DNA from: Antedon mediterranea
Taxonomy: Eukaryota; Animalia; Echinodermata
Assembly (NCBI RefSeq): GCF_964355755.1
Contig: NC_092672.1
Coordinates: forward strand, 18,055,237 to 18,119,236
Reading direction: 5' to 3'
Length of the DNA stretch: 64,000 bases
Within the stretch, counting starts at the first letter, position 1; each line of letters starts with the position of its first letter. Positions 23,441 to 64,000 of this stretch are shown in pieces. The notes under the pieces were generated by a model, which was not told the DNA's origin, did no database searches, and saw only the letters and a list, made by a program, of their open reading frames with translations. A program made the position numbers and the translations under genes.

Positions 23441-23983
23441 TTACGGTGTCATCCGCTAATTGAGCAATTTTAACGATATTATCATCATCATCGTCAGTGC
23501 TATTAGGTAACGTAATTCCTATACATTTAGGATTATTATTATTTCTGACATTTACTGCCATTATTTCTTATACCAGAATAAATAGCAAAGCAGATAATGG
23601 GCAACCTTGCCTCACGCCACATTCCATTTTAAACTTTTCTGACAACCATCCGTTGTTTTACTATTGCACATTCTGTTTCTTTATACATAACCCTTATCCA
23701 TTTGATTTAAAACCTTAAACAGTAGTATTCTGTCTATTGAATCGAAAGCTTTCGCATAATCAAGAAAAACAACAGCACCTGTCATATTGCTTTTGTGTAG
23801 TTTAGTATGTCATTTACCAGTCTTACATTTTCTCCTCCAAACCTTTTTTTTACATATCTTTTTTGATCTTCATTTCATCCTATCACATTTTGTAGTCTGT
23901 TAGCTAATACATGGGCTAATATTTTAGAATCGACATTAAGAAGAGTAATCGGTCTCCAGTTTTCTATGTTTTCTCTTTGTCAC

Positions 23984-24786
23984 TTTTTAGTCGCGTGGAA
24001 GCGACTCGTATAGTTCACTATGTCGGTCGGTCGGTCTGTCTGTCGGTCTGTCTGTCGGTCTGTCTGTCTGTCTGTCGGTCCGGTATCACTATGCGTTTTA
24101 TCGCTTTATGACCTTATCTTGATATCAGTTTAATCTAGCTAAGTCAATTTTTCACAGAATATTCCTTATGGCCAGGAATCGATGTGGTTATGTTTTCACG
24201 GTGCGCAATAAAAAATTACGCGGTCTACGCACGATTTGACGAAATCACGTTTGTAATCATATCTTAACAACCATGAATCACAATTAAATAAAATTTGGTA
24301 CTCATAAATTTCAGGGCATAAATCATCATATGGCAATACAATTACGTGCGTAGCGCATGTAACGCATGCGTACGCGCGCTTAACATTTTCAAAATTTATT
24401 TTCGATGAAATAAGAGTACGTTTCAGGCAATTTTAAGCGTTTACAAAATTGCCATGAGTGCGCAGATTTTTGCGCGCGCACTGCGCGTTAAATGTTGTTG
24501 CGCACTCTTTTTGCCCGATTTCTGTTTTCTTGACTTACTTTTCAACTCGAAATTACGTTATACGAGCACGTCAAAAGTGACAGGCTACGCACGTGTAAAT
24601 TAAAAAAATATAAATGTTTTTAACCATTTCAACATTTTTAAACATGTTCAGTAATTTCGGTCAGTATAGTTCACTATGTCGGTCGGTCCGTCTGTCTGTC
24701 GGTCTGTCTGTCTGTCGGTCTGTTTGTCTGTCTGTCCGGTATCACTATGCATTGTAGCACGCGACTTAATGGCTGTTGGCCTTGTT
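23984..24786 (+). mobile_element. Non-autonomous Helentron-like (DINE-1/HINE-type) element, copy 2
   Basis: Near-identical reverse complement of 22650-23440. Confidence 0.72.
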
Positions 24787-25194
24787 ATATATTTGGTTTA
24801 TTATACATCTTTTTTGTGTTGTAGATAACTTTCCATTATTATAGTTTTAGTTCAAAGAATCACATAGGATATGTTTTAAATGGTTCCAAAAAGTGCGATA
24901 AAATTCTACAATTGGGCCATCAATACCTGGACTTTTATTTCATTTCATTTTAAAAATCGTTTCTGTACATTCATCAACAGATAGAAGACCTTCACATTTT
25001 TCCTTTTCTTCATCAGATAAAATGTTAAAATATGTATTGTTTAGGTATTTATTCATTAACATTCACAGGTACATCTTTATTAGAATAAAGGTTTTTATAG
25101 AATATAACCTCTTCTTTCAAAAGTATATTTAGCATTTCTTTTTAATACAGTGTTAATTTGTTTTCATTTTGCTTTAGCTTTTTCTAATCATCAA

Positions 25195-27250
25195 TATCAT
25201 TACACATTTGGGGCATACCACAATTTTACATTTAGAATTTTGCTATAGAGTCCATTGTGAGAGATAAATACCATGATCATGTAATTTTTTTAGCAACCTG
25301 AACATAATATTTGACAATTTGCTTTGTTTGCTACTTATTAAGCGTACCCAAAACTGTAACATTCTTTTATCAATTACTAATTTAATATTTACTCCATCGA
25401 CTTCACCATAAACCATGCAATTTGCAGTGGATTTATTAGGTTTTTTGAGAATATGCTTTAAAAATTTTCTGTAAAAGACCTCGATCTGATCAAGCTTTTG
25501 GAATCCCCAAACTTCGCAACCATATACCAAAATTGGCAAAACGAGCTGGTCAAACAGTTCACACACAATGTCTAACGGAAGATTTAATTGTTTGGCTTTT
25601 GTTAAAGATGTATTGTCCCTTGAAACACAAAAAATGAAAAAAAAAATATTCTAAATTTAAATTGGCCATATCAAAGTAATATTAAAGTTATTCACTTTAA
25701 GTCGAAAATTCGAGCCAAAAACAACAGTTTACGTAATTAACAGGTAAATTAATTAGATTACATTTCGTCTGAGAAATCGTCGCAAGTGAAAGTAAACAAA
25801 GATTTCAAACCATGAGTATGCATTATGCATGATGCTAATTAGGATTGTTTACAACTCATCACGGTTGAGAAGGTGTTTTCACACAGATCGCGAGGAAGTT
25901 TTATGATTATGCATACAGAGTAGCCAAACAAGCGCATTGCATTATGGGATATGTTTTGATTGAAAACTTTGACTGGAAGTCAAAGTTATTTTTTGAACAA
26001 AAAAACATCTGTATTTCGGTTAAATTTTTTTTTTTTTGACTAATTTTTGGTGGAAGTTAATAACTATTATGATACTTCAAAATGACCCACTTTTTTTCGA
26101 AATGAAAAAAAAAAATTTTTTTTTAATTAGTCAAAGGGACAATACATCTCATACTGTACATTAATTGCTCTTTTGGCTTGTGTTACTTGCTTGTCAATAG
26201 CTTTAATAGTTTTACATTTTTACAGTATTTTTAACTTTTTATCTTGAATCTTTATTAAATTAGTCATTAAAATTAAAGGTTGTCCCTAAATGACCTTTAT
26301 AGTAACGACTAACAGATATCTCTATGAGGATGTATCTGTAAGTTTTATTTATTTTTATTTATTTATTATCATATATTTTTGTTGTTCTGTTTTTATTTTT
26401 GTAATTTATATATATTGTACATACAGTTTACGTATTATGTATTTTCATACAGATCTAATTAATTAATTAGTTTACATTTTGTTTTGATGTTATGTGTTAG
26501 TATTTAGAACTTTGTAGCTTATGTTATTTGTATTTTGTCTGTAAAATGGATGCACCATTAACTGATAATGTGTGCCACCGATATAAAGGTGATTCCTGTG
26601 AATAAAAAAAAAAAAAAAAAAATTCAAAATCATCAAGGTAAATCGCAAACAAAAGTGGTGACAAGTTTTCCCCTTGTCGTATTCCAACATTAGGGCCTAC
26701 ATGGAAAACAATCGGAAATTAAACCATTCAATTTGACACAAGACTTGGCCGTTACATACATATAATATATAACATTAATAACTTTACCGTTTATGCCACA
26801 TGAAATTAATTTGCATGCTCCGCAAAAAAGATCTATCAACTAAGTCGAACGCTTCTTATATCGAACGAAGGTGCAGGTATTATGGGCGATGAACTATTAA
26901 CAACCTTTTGTGTTTGTTTAAATATACAGTAGTTCAATTATGGAGTGTGAAACTAGAATATTATAATTAGTTGAGTACCCATCCCTAAATCCTGCTTGTT
27001 CTTCGCCCATAATACCTGCACCTTCGATATAAGAGAGTCGATTGTTAATAGTTGCCGTAAACAATTTCCCCATACAGCTAAGTAGGGTGATCCCTCGATA
27101 GTTATCAGGATCATTGGGGGAGCCCTTCTTTTTGTATAGGCACAATTCCGATGCACCAGTCTTGTGGCACTACACCCTAATCAAGAATCAAGTTAAATAA
27201 TCGAGTAATTGTTTCAATTAATTCCATCTAAGTATTTGTTGATTATGTTA
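25195..27250 (-). mobile_element. Fragmented LINE RT of a further family
   Basis: LFDQLVLPILVYGCEVWG (25243-25566); DPDNYRGITLLSCMGKLFT and EEQAGFR (26918-27145). Confidence 0.75.
25606..26149. mobile_element. MITE with TIR AGATGTATTGTCCCT (possibly Kolobok-type)
   Basis: Inverted termini; TTAA on the left only; the LINE frame resumes across it; similar terminus at ~51958. Confidence 0.6.
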
Positions 27251-29563
27251 TCAACGGTATCAACAGTAACAAAACGAACGCGTTCATCCGCCGTGTCTAG
27301 TGTACGGTTGCTGAATTCCGCCAAAGAAAACATTTATTTTATAATAATACGGCGTTATAACGCCGTAATTAGGGCGTCATAACGCCCTAATTATACAATC
27401 CGTTCACACGTACATGCGCAGTACATTAACAAACCTTTAGAATCTATTCAATATCATACATAACGGAAACAACAAATATTGATTCATTCATGTCACGATT
27501 ATTATATATCCCTGGTTCTCTATTTTTCATCCTGTATATCAATGATATGCTGATGACATATCTATTTTTAAATAAAAAATCTTAACTATCTGTATGAAGA
27601 ACTTAAATTAATAAAATAATAAATTAAATAAAATAAATCAATCAATCAAATGCTTTATGGACGAAACAAGCTTATAGGCCTACAACCTTCCCAAATGTTT
27701 AATGACATTGAGATTCAACTGGTAGACCTTGTTAAGTTTCTTGGTGTATTGACTCTTATTTAAGCTGCTGGAAACATCAAATACATTATTGCAGATGATA
27801 AGGCTATCCAGATTTGTACCTCAAAGTATTCTCCAAAATAGTAATAATGATTATCGAATAGGGCCTATTTATAAAGCGCTCTTTACCGAGCGCTTTAGTC
27901 TCACAGCGCTACATGAAAAGAATAAGTTTTGAAATAGAGTGAGTTCAAGAGAGATTCCACGCTAGAAGTGAAACACTGTGATCTTGTATTACAAAATATT
28001 CAATGATACTTCGGAAATAGATCCAGTATCGAGAATGGGCTGTAGTGGGACATAATAATGGTTTAGGTTCGTGATATGTGGAGAGCAGTTCCATGGAAAA
28101 GGTTGCAATCTTGTAGGCCTACTACTGGATGCGCTTGTTTACCGGCAACCAGTTACCTAGCTTTCCATACTTTTATCATTGTAACATTACTTGGGGCATG
28201 CAATATTTATTACATTCCCACGAAAGTGGTTTCCCTTTTTTTCTAAGTAAGATTATTTTCCTAATTGCTATTGATATCTACGAACAGCAGCATTTCTAAA
28301 CTGGTGTCGGTGTCTTCTCTAGGCTTGCAAACGCATTCGATACCGTACATTTCTACATAAACTATAAAATATGATATATATAAAATATGCCTTTTCAACT
28401 TATTAAAGCTCCTTATCTAACCTCTATAACCTAAAATGTACCATGATGTACGTTTTATTTATCAATCATATTCTTTGTATTATGTTAAAATTTAATTTAA
28501 ACCAATTAGGCAGCTATGCATAAAGGAAACATACAATGTATAGTTACCTAATGTATCCTCATTTGCGAACGTTGTATCTATATTGTATTAATATTATAAT
28601 TATTGAAATTTTTTTTTTTTTTTTGGGTAGAAAAATAAAATTTAACATTGAACTTGCTGACTAAACTCTTTATAATACTGGATAATACAAGAATATCTCT
28701 TGTTGCTAAAAAAAACCAATTTCTCTTCTAACACAATCCCTTAGGTTGATGTAAAAGCGCATAGAACCTTCTGGAGTAGTTGGGATCTCCCATTCGTTGA
28801 ATATGATTTTATTGAAATAGTATTCAAATATAGATCACGATGACATGGGTATTGGTCTTTAAATTTACTTGATTCTTTACAAAGGTCTATTCTCCTCTGA
28901 TCTACCAGCTTGATGTGATCCTTGCTGTGATAAACCTGTGGCAGCTGAAACTTCACTAGAGGGCGTCCATTGGTAACATAGTCCAGAGCCATATATATAT
29001 GGCTCTGACATGGTCCTACTTAGACCTTCTTATCAAATGAGTGTCCCATCTCCGCTGTTCTATCAAGATCATACTGCATAAATGTAAACAATGATAATTA
29101 TAAATACATAATTTACAATCTAAATCCAACGTATTACAAGCTTGAAACCGAATAAGCGAGGTTCTCTAGTTCCGTACTACACAGTGATTGTTTCTCAGAA
29201 ATGGCATCCATGTATTTCAATATAGCTAATAATTATTTAAAAAATGCAATATCTTTTTAACCAGAAGCTGTACAGTAGGTATGGTATATGAAGGTGTGTT
29301 GAAATGTGTGTTGTGATCATGGAATACTATAAGTACATTAGCTAGATTGACATTGAGATAAAAATAAATCTAATGTAGCCTATAATTAAACTACTACATT
29401 CATTTAGTTAAAATTTGAAAGCGTTCTTTTTATGGAAAAAAACCCATAAATTAACAGACAACCACAATTGACATGCCTTCTATTTTAATGCTTATAAATG
29501 ATTTTCTACATCTACATGAAGATGGCAGATGATCAACAGGCATTATGAATGTCTGTATCTGTA

Positions 29564-29987
29564 TGCGACAAACACCTTCCTGGTTGTCGTTGCACGCAGG
29601 TCGGTGTCTGATGTGCTGCGACAAACACCTTCCTGGTTGTCGTTGCACGCAGGTCGGTGTCTGATGTGCTGCGACAAACACCTTCCTGGTTGTCGTTGCA
29701 CGCAGGTCGGTGTCTGATGTGCTGCGACAAACACCTTCCTGGTTGTCGTTGCACGCAGGTCGGTGTCTGATGTGCTGCGACAAACACCTTCCTGGTTGTC
29801 GTTGCACGCAGGTCGGTGTCTGATGTGCTGCGACAAACACCTTCCTGGTTGTCGTTGCACGCAGGTCGGTGTCTGATGTGCTGCGACAAACACCTTCCTG
29901 GTTGTCGTTGCACGCAGGTCGGTGTCTGATGTGCTGCGACAAACACCTTCCTGGTTGTCGTTGCACGCAGGTCGGTGTCTGATGTGC
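29564..29987. repeat. 8 x 53-bp perfect tandem repeat at a LINE 3' end
   Basis: Unit TGCGACAAACACCTTCCTGGTTGTCGTTGCACGCAGGTCGGTGTCTGATGTGC. Confidence 0.95.
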
Positions 29988-30452
29988 AGCAGTTATATTA
30001 AATAGTGGACGGTGGATCAGGTCGTTAATGTTTATTTGTTCAAGTTCGGATTTGACGGTCTTGGTATTTGGAGCATCGCGGACTTTGAAAGGCAAATTGT
30101 TCCATTCAGGGATCGTTTTGGGAGACAATGAGTGACGATAACAGTCTTTGTTAGCAGGAATAAAATCGATCGTTAGCGAGGGCGTCAGTCTGTCTTGTCT
30201 TTATACCTGTAGATGTATACTTGTAGATGCTTTGCGATAATTCTGGATATTGTTCGGTGTTATGTTGTGAGTTTCTTTGTAGAGTGTGACAAGTCTTGAT
30301 TTTGCTCTTCTTTCATGGAGGCTTTCCCAGTTCAGATCCTTCAGAATGTGTGTGATGCTTGAATCGCGACTGTAATCTCGGACTGTGAATCTAGCAGCTC
30401 AGCTCTGTTCTTCTTATAGGATTCTTGCTGGGGATCCCAGATGGCAGAACAG

Positions 30453-32070
30453 CAGTGGTGGCGCCAGCGGGGGGGCTACGGGGGCTCTAGCCCCCTCGTC
30501 GGGGAGCCTAGCCCCCCCGTCGGGGAACACGGGTACTTTTTGTCGGGGAATATAATATACAGTAAAAAATGTTCGCGTTCACTTCATATAGCTTCAGCGC
30601 CTAGAAAACCACGTTCCATTGACCGTGTGAGTACGTCAGAGGGCTATTATGCACTTTTATGCATTCATTTATTGCCAGCGATCTAACTTACTACTAAACA
30701 TTAGCTAGGTACGCACTTGTCTGGCGGTATCCCTTTGTACGAATCGTTCAACGTTGGGTCAACACGCGTGATATCAAGTTCCATCCAGGGACCAAAATGT
30801 GTAATGTAGTTATTTTCCAGGCGAAGTTTACCGACGGTTACCGAAGGGAACACGGGTACTTTTTGTCGGGGAATAAATTATAATATACAGTAAAAAGCGT
30901 TCGCGTTCACTTCGTAGCTAGCTTCAGCGCCTAGAAAACCGCGACGTTTCATTGACCGTGAGAGTACGTCAGAGTGATATTATGCACTTTATATGCATTC
31001 ATTATTGCCAGCGATCTAACTTACTCCTAAACAATAGCTAGGTTCGCACTTGTCTGTCGGTATCCCTTTGTACGAATCGTTCAACGTTGGGTCGAGACGC
31101 GTGATATCATGTTCCATCCAGGGACCAAAATGTGTACTGTAGTTATTTTCCAGGCGAAGTTTACTGACGGTTACGTCGTGTACTGCGTCGACGTACGTTA
31201 CACTATAGCAGCAAAAACGAATTATGTTAATTGTTCGTATGTTCACCAATTTTTTAATTTACAAGTAACCTTCTTTACCGTGGGGCACCTAAAATAAATT
31301 TTTCATCCATTACTAAACAAAAAAACATGCCATTTTCGCTTAGCCAACATCTTATTATAGCTAAGTTATTACATTTTCAATGTCCTGTATGTCATGAATT
31401 TCTCACCACTCGGAAGTCCAGATGGTACGCACGCATACACTTGGGAGGAATAAACTTATTTCCCTGACTGAAAAAGGTCTACGCTTGCGTTTTTTAAGCC
31501 TCTAGGCCTGATGTTTCCAAAGTATAAAATGCTATTTTTTGAAGACCTGCAGCTCTAGTTTTAAACAGTTTCTTAGCTCAGCCCCAACAATAAAGCTGGT
31601 CATATTTCGAAGTACAAGAAGTGCATTTTCCGGGACCTAACATCTCTATTTTTCAAACATTTCATAGCTCAGTCACAACCATGATAGGGACTTATATATT
31701 TTGTTTCATGTTTTGAAGTATAATAAGTTCAATTTCCGGGACCTCCAACTCTATTTTTCTAAATTTTCTTTGAACTTTTATTTTTTAAATTGAAAAATAT
31801 GGATTGAAACAGTCATCGCGCATCGTTTTTTTGCACGCAGTATTTTATTTATGCATTATAAAAAATGGAAAAAATGGCTACCCTAAATCTGATTAAAATG
31901 ACCTCAAATGACGCTAGAACGCGTTGCTTCCGGGGGCTTCGCCCCCTGGACCCCCACCGGGGGTCCTTGGCGGCCCCCTGGCCCCAGCCTAGTGATGCTC
32001 GCTTCGCTCGCATAGCCCCCTCGTCGGGGAATGTAGCCCCCGCGTCGGGAAGATCCTGGCGCCACCCCTG
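30453..32070. mobile_element. Non-autonomous hAT DNA transposon (1.6 kb)
   Basis: TIR CAG(T/G)GGTGGCGCCAG; 8-bp TSD CAGAACAG (30445-30452, 32071-32078); internal ~325-bp tandem duplication. Confidence 0.88.
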
Positions 32071-34029
32071 CAGAACAGTATTCCAATCTTGGTCTAACCA
32101 ATGTTTAATTTGTAGGCAATGGATTTTGTGTTTTTATTATAGAAGTACAGATTTTTTTTCAGCAAACCTAGCATACTGTTAGCTTTGGATGCTATTTGGT
32201 CTATGTGTGTCGACCACTTGAGATACCTAGCATACTGTTAGCTTTGGATGCTATTTGGTCTATGTGTGTCGACCACTTGAGATCAGAGCTTAGTTTCACT
32301 CCCAAATACGGATAATGCACTTCTTTTAATTTCAAGTGTCCCATGGAGTATTCAGATTTAATCGGTTTCTTCTTGTGGGTGATAGTCATAGCGTACTAGC
32401 ATTTGGACGCATTTAATGACATTTGCCAGTCGCTTTCCCATTTGCTTATTCAAAACATTTGCTTTATCAGCTGCTGATGAATATGTTCCTTCGGTTGAAT
32501 TCCAATATGCCTATTTTCTGTTCCTTTGTCTCTTCTGACAAGAGTAGGATATCCTCCTATCTTTTCGACTGCTTTCAAGAAGAAACCTCCAATATACGTT
32601 GGGTCATTTGTTGTGCTGTTTGCCTCAAGCCATTAGTTTTCTTGAAAATCCATCAATGCATCCATTAATACCAATGCCATAGGCCTACCGCGCATGTAGC
32701 TTACATGTGAACGGATTTTAGGCCTACTATAATTAGTTCGTTATAACCCCGTAGGCTATTTACGGTGTTATAACGCCGTATTATGGCGTTATAACGCCGT
32801 GTTAGGGCGTTATAACGCCGTATTAGGGTGTTGTACGCCGTATTAGGGTGTTATAACGTACACAAATACAAAATGAAAATGACGCACAGAATTAATGAAG
32901 GCTATTTTTATCAAAACAAGGTTTAATCGGATGCGAAGACCTGCATATTCCAAAAATGTCGATTTACTAAAGGAAAGAATCTTTAAAGAAAATCCTTGTT
33001 AATACGCTATTTTGCCGCCGAAATCAAACACGTCATGGTTGCCGTTTCATACTGGAAGAAAAATTCTATTCTAGCGAGTGCATTTTAACAATACATTAAA
33101 ATTGACTGAAGAACATTGAAAGTAGCCGACCTGATTGACAAGCGGATCGTGAAACCAACAAGCCATTTTACCTATTTTGTAGGGCTATGATAAAATTCCA
33201 CGTTTACTTTTATTGTATGTTTTGTTATGTTATTAACATAACAAAATGTATGTACCGTTTTTGCCATACGAAACATGATTAAAACATAATAACCGTAATG
33301 AAAGAAATCGCGCAATCGATTGGTGTATTTTTGTGTACCAATTTTTTTAAGATGTCGTACATTTTTCTCCAGAGATGCGTAGACAGAAAATGTGAGAAAA
33401 CTCTTGACTAAAAATTACAATTAACACAATCATTTTTAATTGGTTATCCGCCCTTGTTATTATTGTAATTAGGCTATAATGACGTAAGTTACGCGCGATT
33501 TTATGAATTGCTGGTATTTAACATAGGTCGATAAGATAACCCGTACAAAAATTTAAATTGAAACAAAGCGTAAATTTATGTCATGCGCTAACTATCTGTG
33601 GAAAAAAAAATGACCCAAAAGTCAGAGCCATATATAGAGAGAGTTACGGCATTGCGTTCACGGATTTTAGAAAGTCACGTGGTGTGCACGCCGGCCATGT
33701 TTGTGTCCAACTATGCCTATGTAGCGTATGAAGTCGAGTCATTTGCTTAAAAAATGTATAACATTCACAAGGCTTTAAATATCGAATTTAATATCAAAAC
33801 AATCAATTTTTTTAAAGGTTTCTGTTAGAATAATAACGGAGTTACTGCGAACATGATTTTAAACAACAAAATGTAAAAACAATGCATTACTATAGAGAAT
33901 CGCTGTACAAACTAAACGCGTACGCGTAGAGTGTGCATGGAGCGCACAAAGCCATTTATTGGAAAGAGTCGGAAATTGAATGGATTAAAGCTAATCCATT
34001 CAATGTCGAAACTCTCTCTCTGCCAAAAG

Positions 34030-34160
34030 TGGGCCGATAGCGCCCTCTATAAAACAAAAGACACGTGTGTACGTGAGACGTCCCTCTCTCTCACCACCAC
34101 CCGCCGCCGCCGCCACGCTCTTGCTTCTTTCCCTTTCCTTTTTGTCAAACAACATGTAGC
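34030..34160 (+). promoter_or_regulatory. Candidate FTSJ3 promoter
   Basis: GC-richer patch; CTCF-like TAGCGCCCTCTA; E-box CACGTG at ~34062; pyrimidine tract; possible non-coding exon 34239-34290 (AG..GTATGT). Confidence 0.4.
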
Positions 34161-34633
34161 CTAGGCCTAGTTGGCGTCTGTGCGATTATTAAATCATCTA
34201 CAAATACAGTTTTCCAAATTAATATTGTATTCCTTTAGGGTTTATGTGGTGTACGGATTCTTAGGAAGTTGTTAACCATCCTCGTTTAACGTATGTATGT
34301 TTGAGATTTACTAGGCCTAGGCTAGACTCTCTAGTAGGCCTAGCTAGCTAGGCAGTTATTAGGCTAGCCTAGTAGTAGTAGTAGTATAGCTGAGTTTCAA
34401 AACCAAGACTTGTGGTGGGCCAGCAGTGCGTTGTGTGAATGTCGGGTTGATTACCAATGCGTGTGGACGATTGGGCCCAACGTGTTTAGACGTAATTCCC
34501 ACGGACGGGTAGACTACGCAATTCATGTAGTTTAATTGGCGCTAATTAATAATGTAGGCTAGTAGTTTATTTATTAAATTCTCTTTAGTTAGTTTATTCA
34601 TTATTGGGAAACGAAAAATACAGTGTTATATTT

Positions 34634-35060
34634 AGGCCGCTGGAATACATTACATGGTTCTCGTCGGCGCCCGCTTGCGATTTTAGGCCCCGCACCCAAA
34701 AAGTTCATCTTTCATCTTTGTGTATTTGTTAAGAAAAATCAGGGGTAAATATGGGAAAAGTACAAATTTTGTTATATTTTCATGAAAATCTGACTCACCT
34801 CCCGCCGATCGTGAACACTCAAACAATTGTGTATGTGATCGCACGATTTTGCAACATAAAGTGTGTATGTTAATCGTCGCGGACCGCCATCAATCTGTAT
34901 TTTGAGCCTCAGTCTGAAACCAAGTGTTCTAGTAGTCCGGGCGGTGAGCGTGTGTTTGAACATTACGGTTATTTCACCTAATTAAAATACTGTGATGAAA
35001 GATGAACGTTGACAAAAATCAAGTGATGACGAGAACCATGTAATGTATTTCCAGCGGCCT
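34634..35060. mobile_element. MITE with ~32-bp TIR AGGCCGCTGGAATACATTACATGGTTCTCGTC
   Basis: Inverted termini seen directly. Confidence 0.7.
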
Positions 35061-35149
35061 TATAGGCCCTATCCTAGGCTATATCTATTCTCACTAGCCT
35101 ACGACGATGAAAATCATTTTATAATGTTTCTTGTTTATTTATTTTGCAA

Positions 35150-35250
35150 ATAAAGTTTAGCACTGTACTGAATTAAAGTTTAGCACTGTACTGAGTTAAA
35201 GTTTAGCACTGTACTGAATTAAAGTTTAGCACTGTACTGACTTAAAGTTT
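35150..35250. repeat. ~4 x 23-bp tandem repeat
   Basis: TAAAGTTTAGCACTGTACTGAAT units. Confidence 0.85.
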
Positions 35251-35975
35251 CAGAAACACTTTCTTTCAATTAGACAGTGGTTTAGGTATTTGTAACCATA
35301 TGAACTGGATAAAACCTTCTCATTTTTGCTGTTTGAGCAGTTTTAGGATAATAATAAATTAAGTGCATGTTCTAGAAATAGAACGCCCTTGTCGGTAATC
35401 AGGATTTGGTCTAAATTGAAAACTGATGAGCACAAGTTGTGGCTCGGTCATACAGGACTTGAGGGTCTCCTACCCTATTAAAGAAACTGAAATTCATAAA
35501 GTGAATAACTGTGTTCTTAAGTTAGGGAAAAAAGGAATCCCCGGTCAGCAAAAACACATAACTGTTGTTGAAGAACTGCCATTGAAGGTGCAGCTCCGAT
35601 AAGGTTATAACTACTTAGTATAAAAAGGATATGTTGGCTTACTTTCCGGGCTTAATCGTATTTAGTTTTATTGGTCTATAGACTTATCTAATAATACTAA
35701 TAGTACTATAGGATGGTAAAAATGTTTATTAATAAGTTGTTTCTTGCATACATATAAATGTTGTCTATAAAATAAAAATATTAACTAATTGCGTCCTTGG
35801 GTACCGTCGAGTCTAGCTTCTACCAGCTAGACCCCAGTACTTGGCTAGACCTAGAGTAGTAGTAGGCCTAGTACATAATAGGTCTAAGTAGCCTATTAAT
35901 TACTCCCTGAGCAGATGATTACTAATTGTTTTGATTGAATTTTAAGCTTGATATCAAGATTACAGGTATTTGAAA

Positions 35976-63445
<27,470 letters not shown>

Positions 63446-63643
63446 GTATTTTGGGTTGTTGGGTAGGGAATATGGCAAACAATTTCTACATTATTTTAAT
63501 CATAAAACTAGGGATTTCTTTAGAAAGAAATAGATTAATGTTGCTCATTAGAATGCTATTAGCATCTACCTCTGAGCTAGAAAGTGAAACTTAAAATTGT
63601 TAGTTTATTGAAATGAACATAATGTTATATGTATGTTGAGGAA

Positions 63644-64000
63644 ATTATTAGGATTGGTATTACAACCTATTATTAAGATTGGTATTACAACCTATTATTA
63701 GGATTGGTATTACAACCTATTATTAGGATTGGTATTACAACCTATTATTAGGATTGGTATTACAACCTATTATTAGGATTGGTATTACAACCTATTATTA
63801 GGATTGGTATTACAACCTATTATTAGGATTGGTATTACAACCTATTATTAGGATTGGTATTACAACCTATTATTAGGATTGGTATTACAACCTATTATTA
63901 GGATTGGTATTACAACCTATTATTAGGATTGGTATTACAACCTATTATTAGGATTGGTATTACAACCTATTATTAGGATTGGTATTACAACCTATTATTA
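63644..64000. repeat. ~14 x 25-bp tandem repeat running to the window end
   Basis: Unit TATTAGGATTGGTATTACAACCTAT. Confidence 0.95.

Larger units (their letters stand above)
21150..25190 (-). mobile_element. Older degenerate Tx1/L1-clade LINE ORF2 interrupted by two Helentron-like elements
   Basis: KSPGIDG, NWRPITLLN, DYAKAFD, QGCPLSALLF, QLADDT, GGLNMPD, FNFKLLHR fragments. Confidence 0.82.
29549..32430 (-). mobile_element. 3' fragment of a CR1/L2-type LINE, split by a hAT element
   Basis: YPYLGVKLSSDLKWSTHI; LVRPRLEYCS|AIWDP rejoined across the insert; PKTIPEWNNLP; short (ATACAG)n tail. Confidence 0.8.

Noticed and set aside
29451-30128. Repetitive 116-225 aa ORFs
   Set aside because: Produced by the stop-poor 53-bp tandem repeat joined to a LINE end

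Overview
AT-rich animal (invertebrate-like) nuclear DNA, not prokaryotic. The first ~33 kb is a nest of transposable elements. From 35976 to the end is a spliced FTSJ3/SPB1 rRNA 2'-O-methyltransferase gene (16 coding exons, ~743 codons, continuing past the window) whose introns hold MITEs, a SINE and minisatellites. The standout is a 10,136-bp element (1361-11496) inserted into a CR1/L2-type LINE reverse transcriptase. It has AGTAGT...ACTACT termini and a 6-bp TGTGTT target-site duplication, the Polinton/Maverick signature, but it is almost entirely one palindrome: two ~4.9-kb inverted arms around a 215-bp spacer. Each arm carries an intact orphan ORF (~230 aa), a dead remnant fusing the Polinton integrase N-terminus to the protein-primed DNA polymerase C-terminus, and an apparently intact spliced, tail-anchored Bcl-2-like gene. 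I interpret it as a non-autonomous fold-back (copy-back defective) Polinton that kept an apoptosis-regulator cargo. Family assignments rest on motif recognition by eye; no database searches were run.
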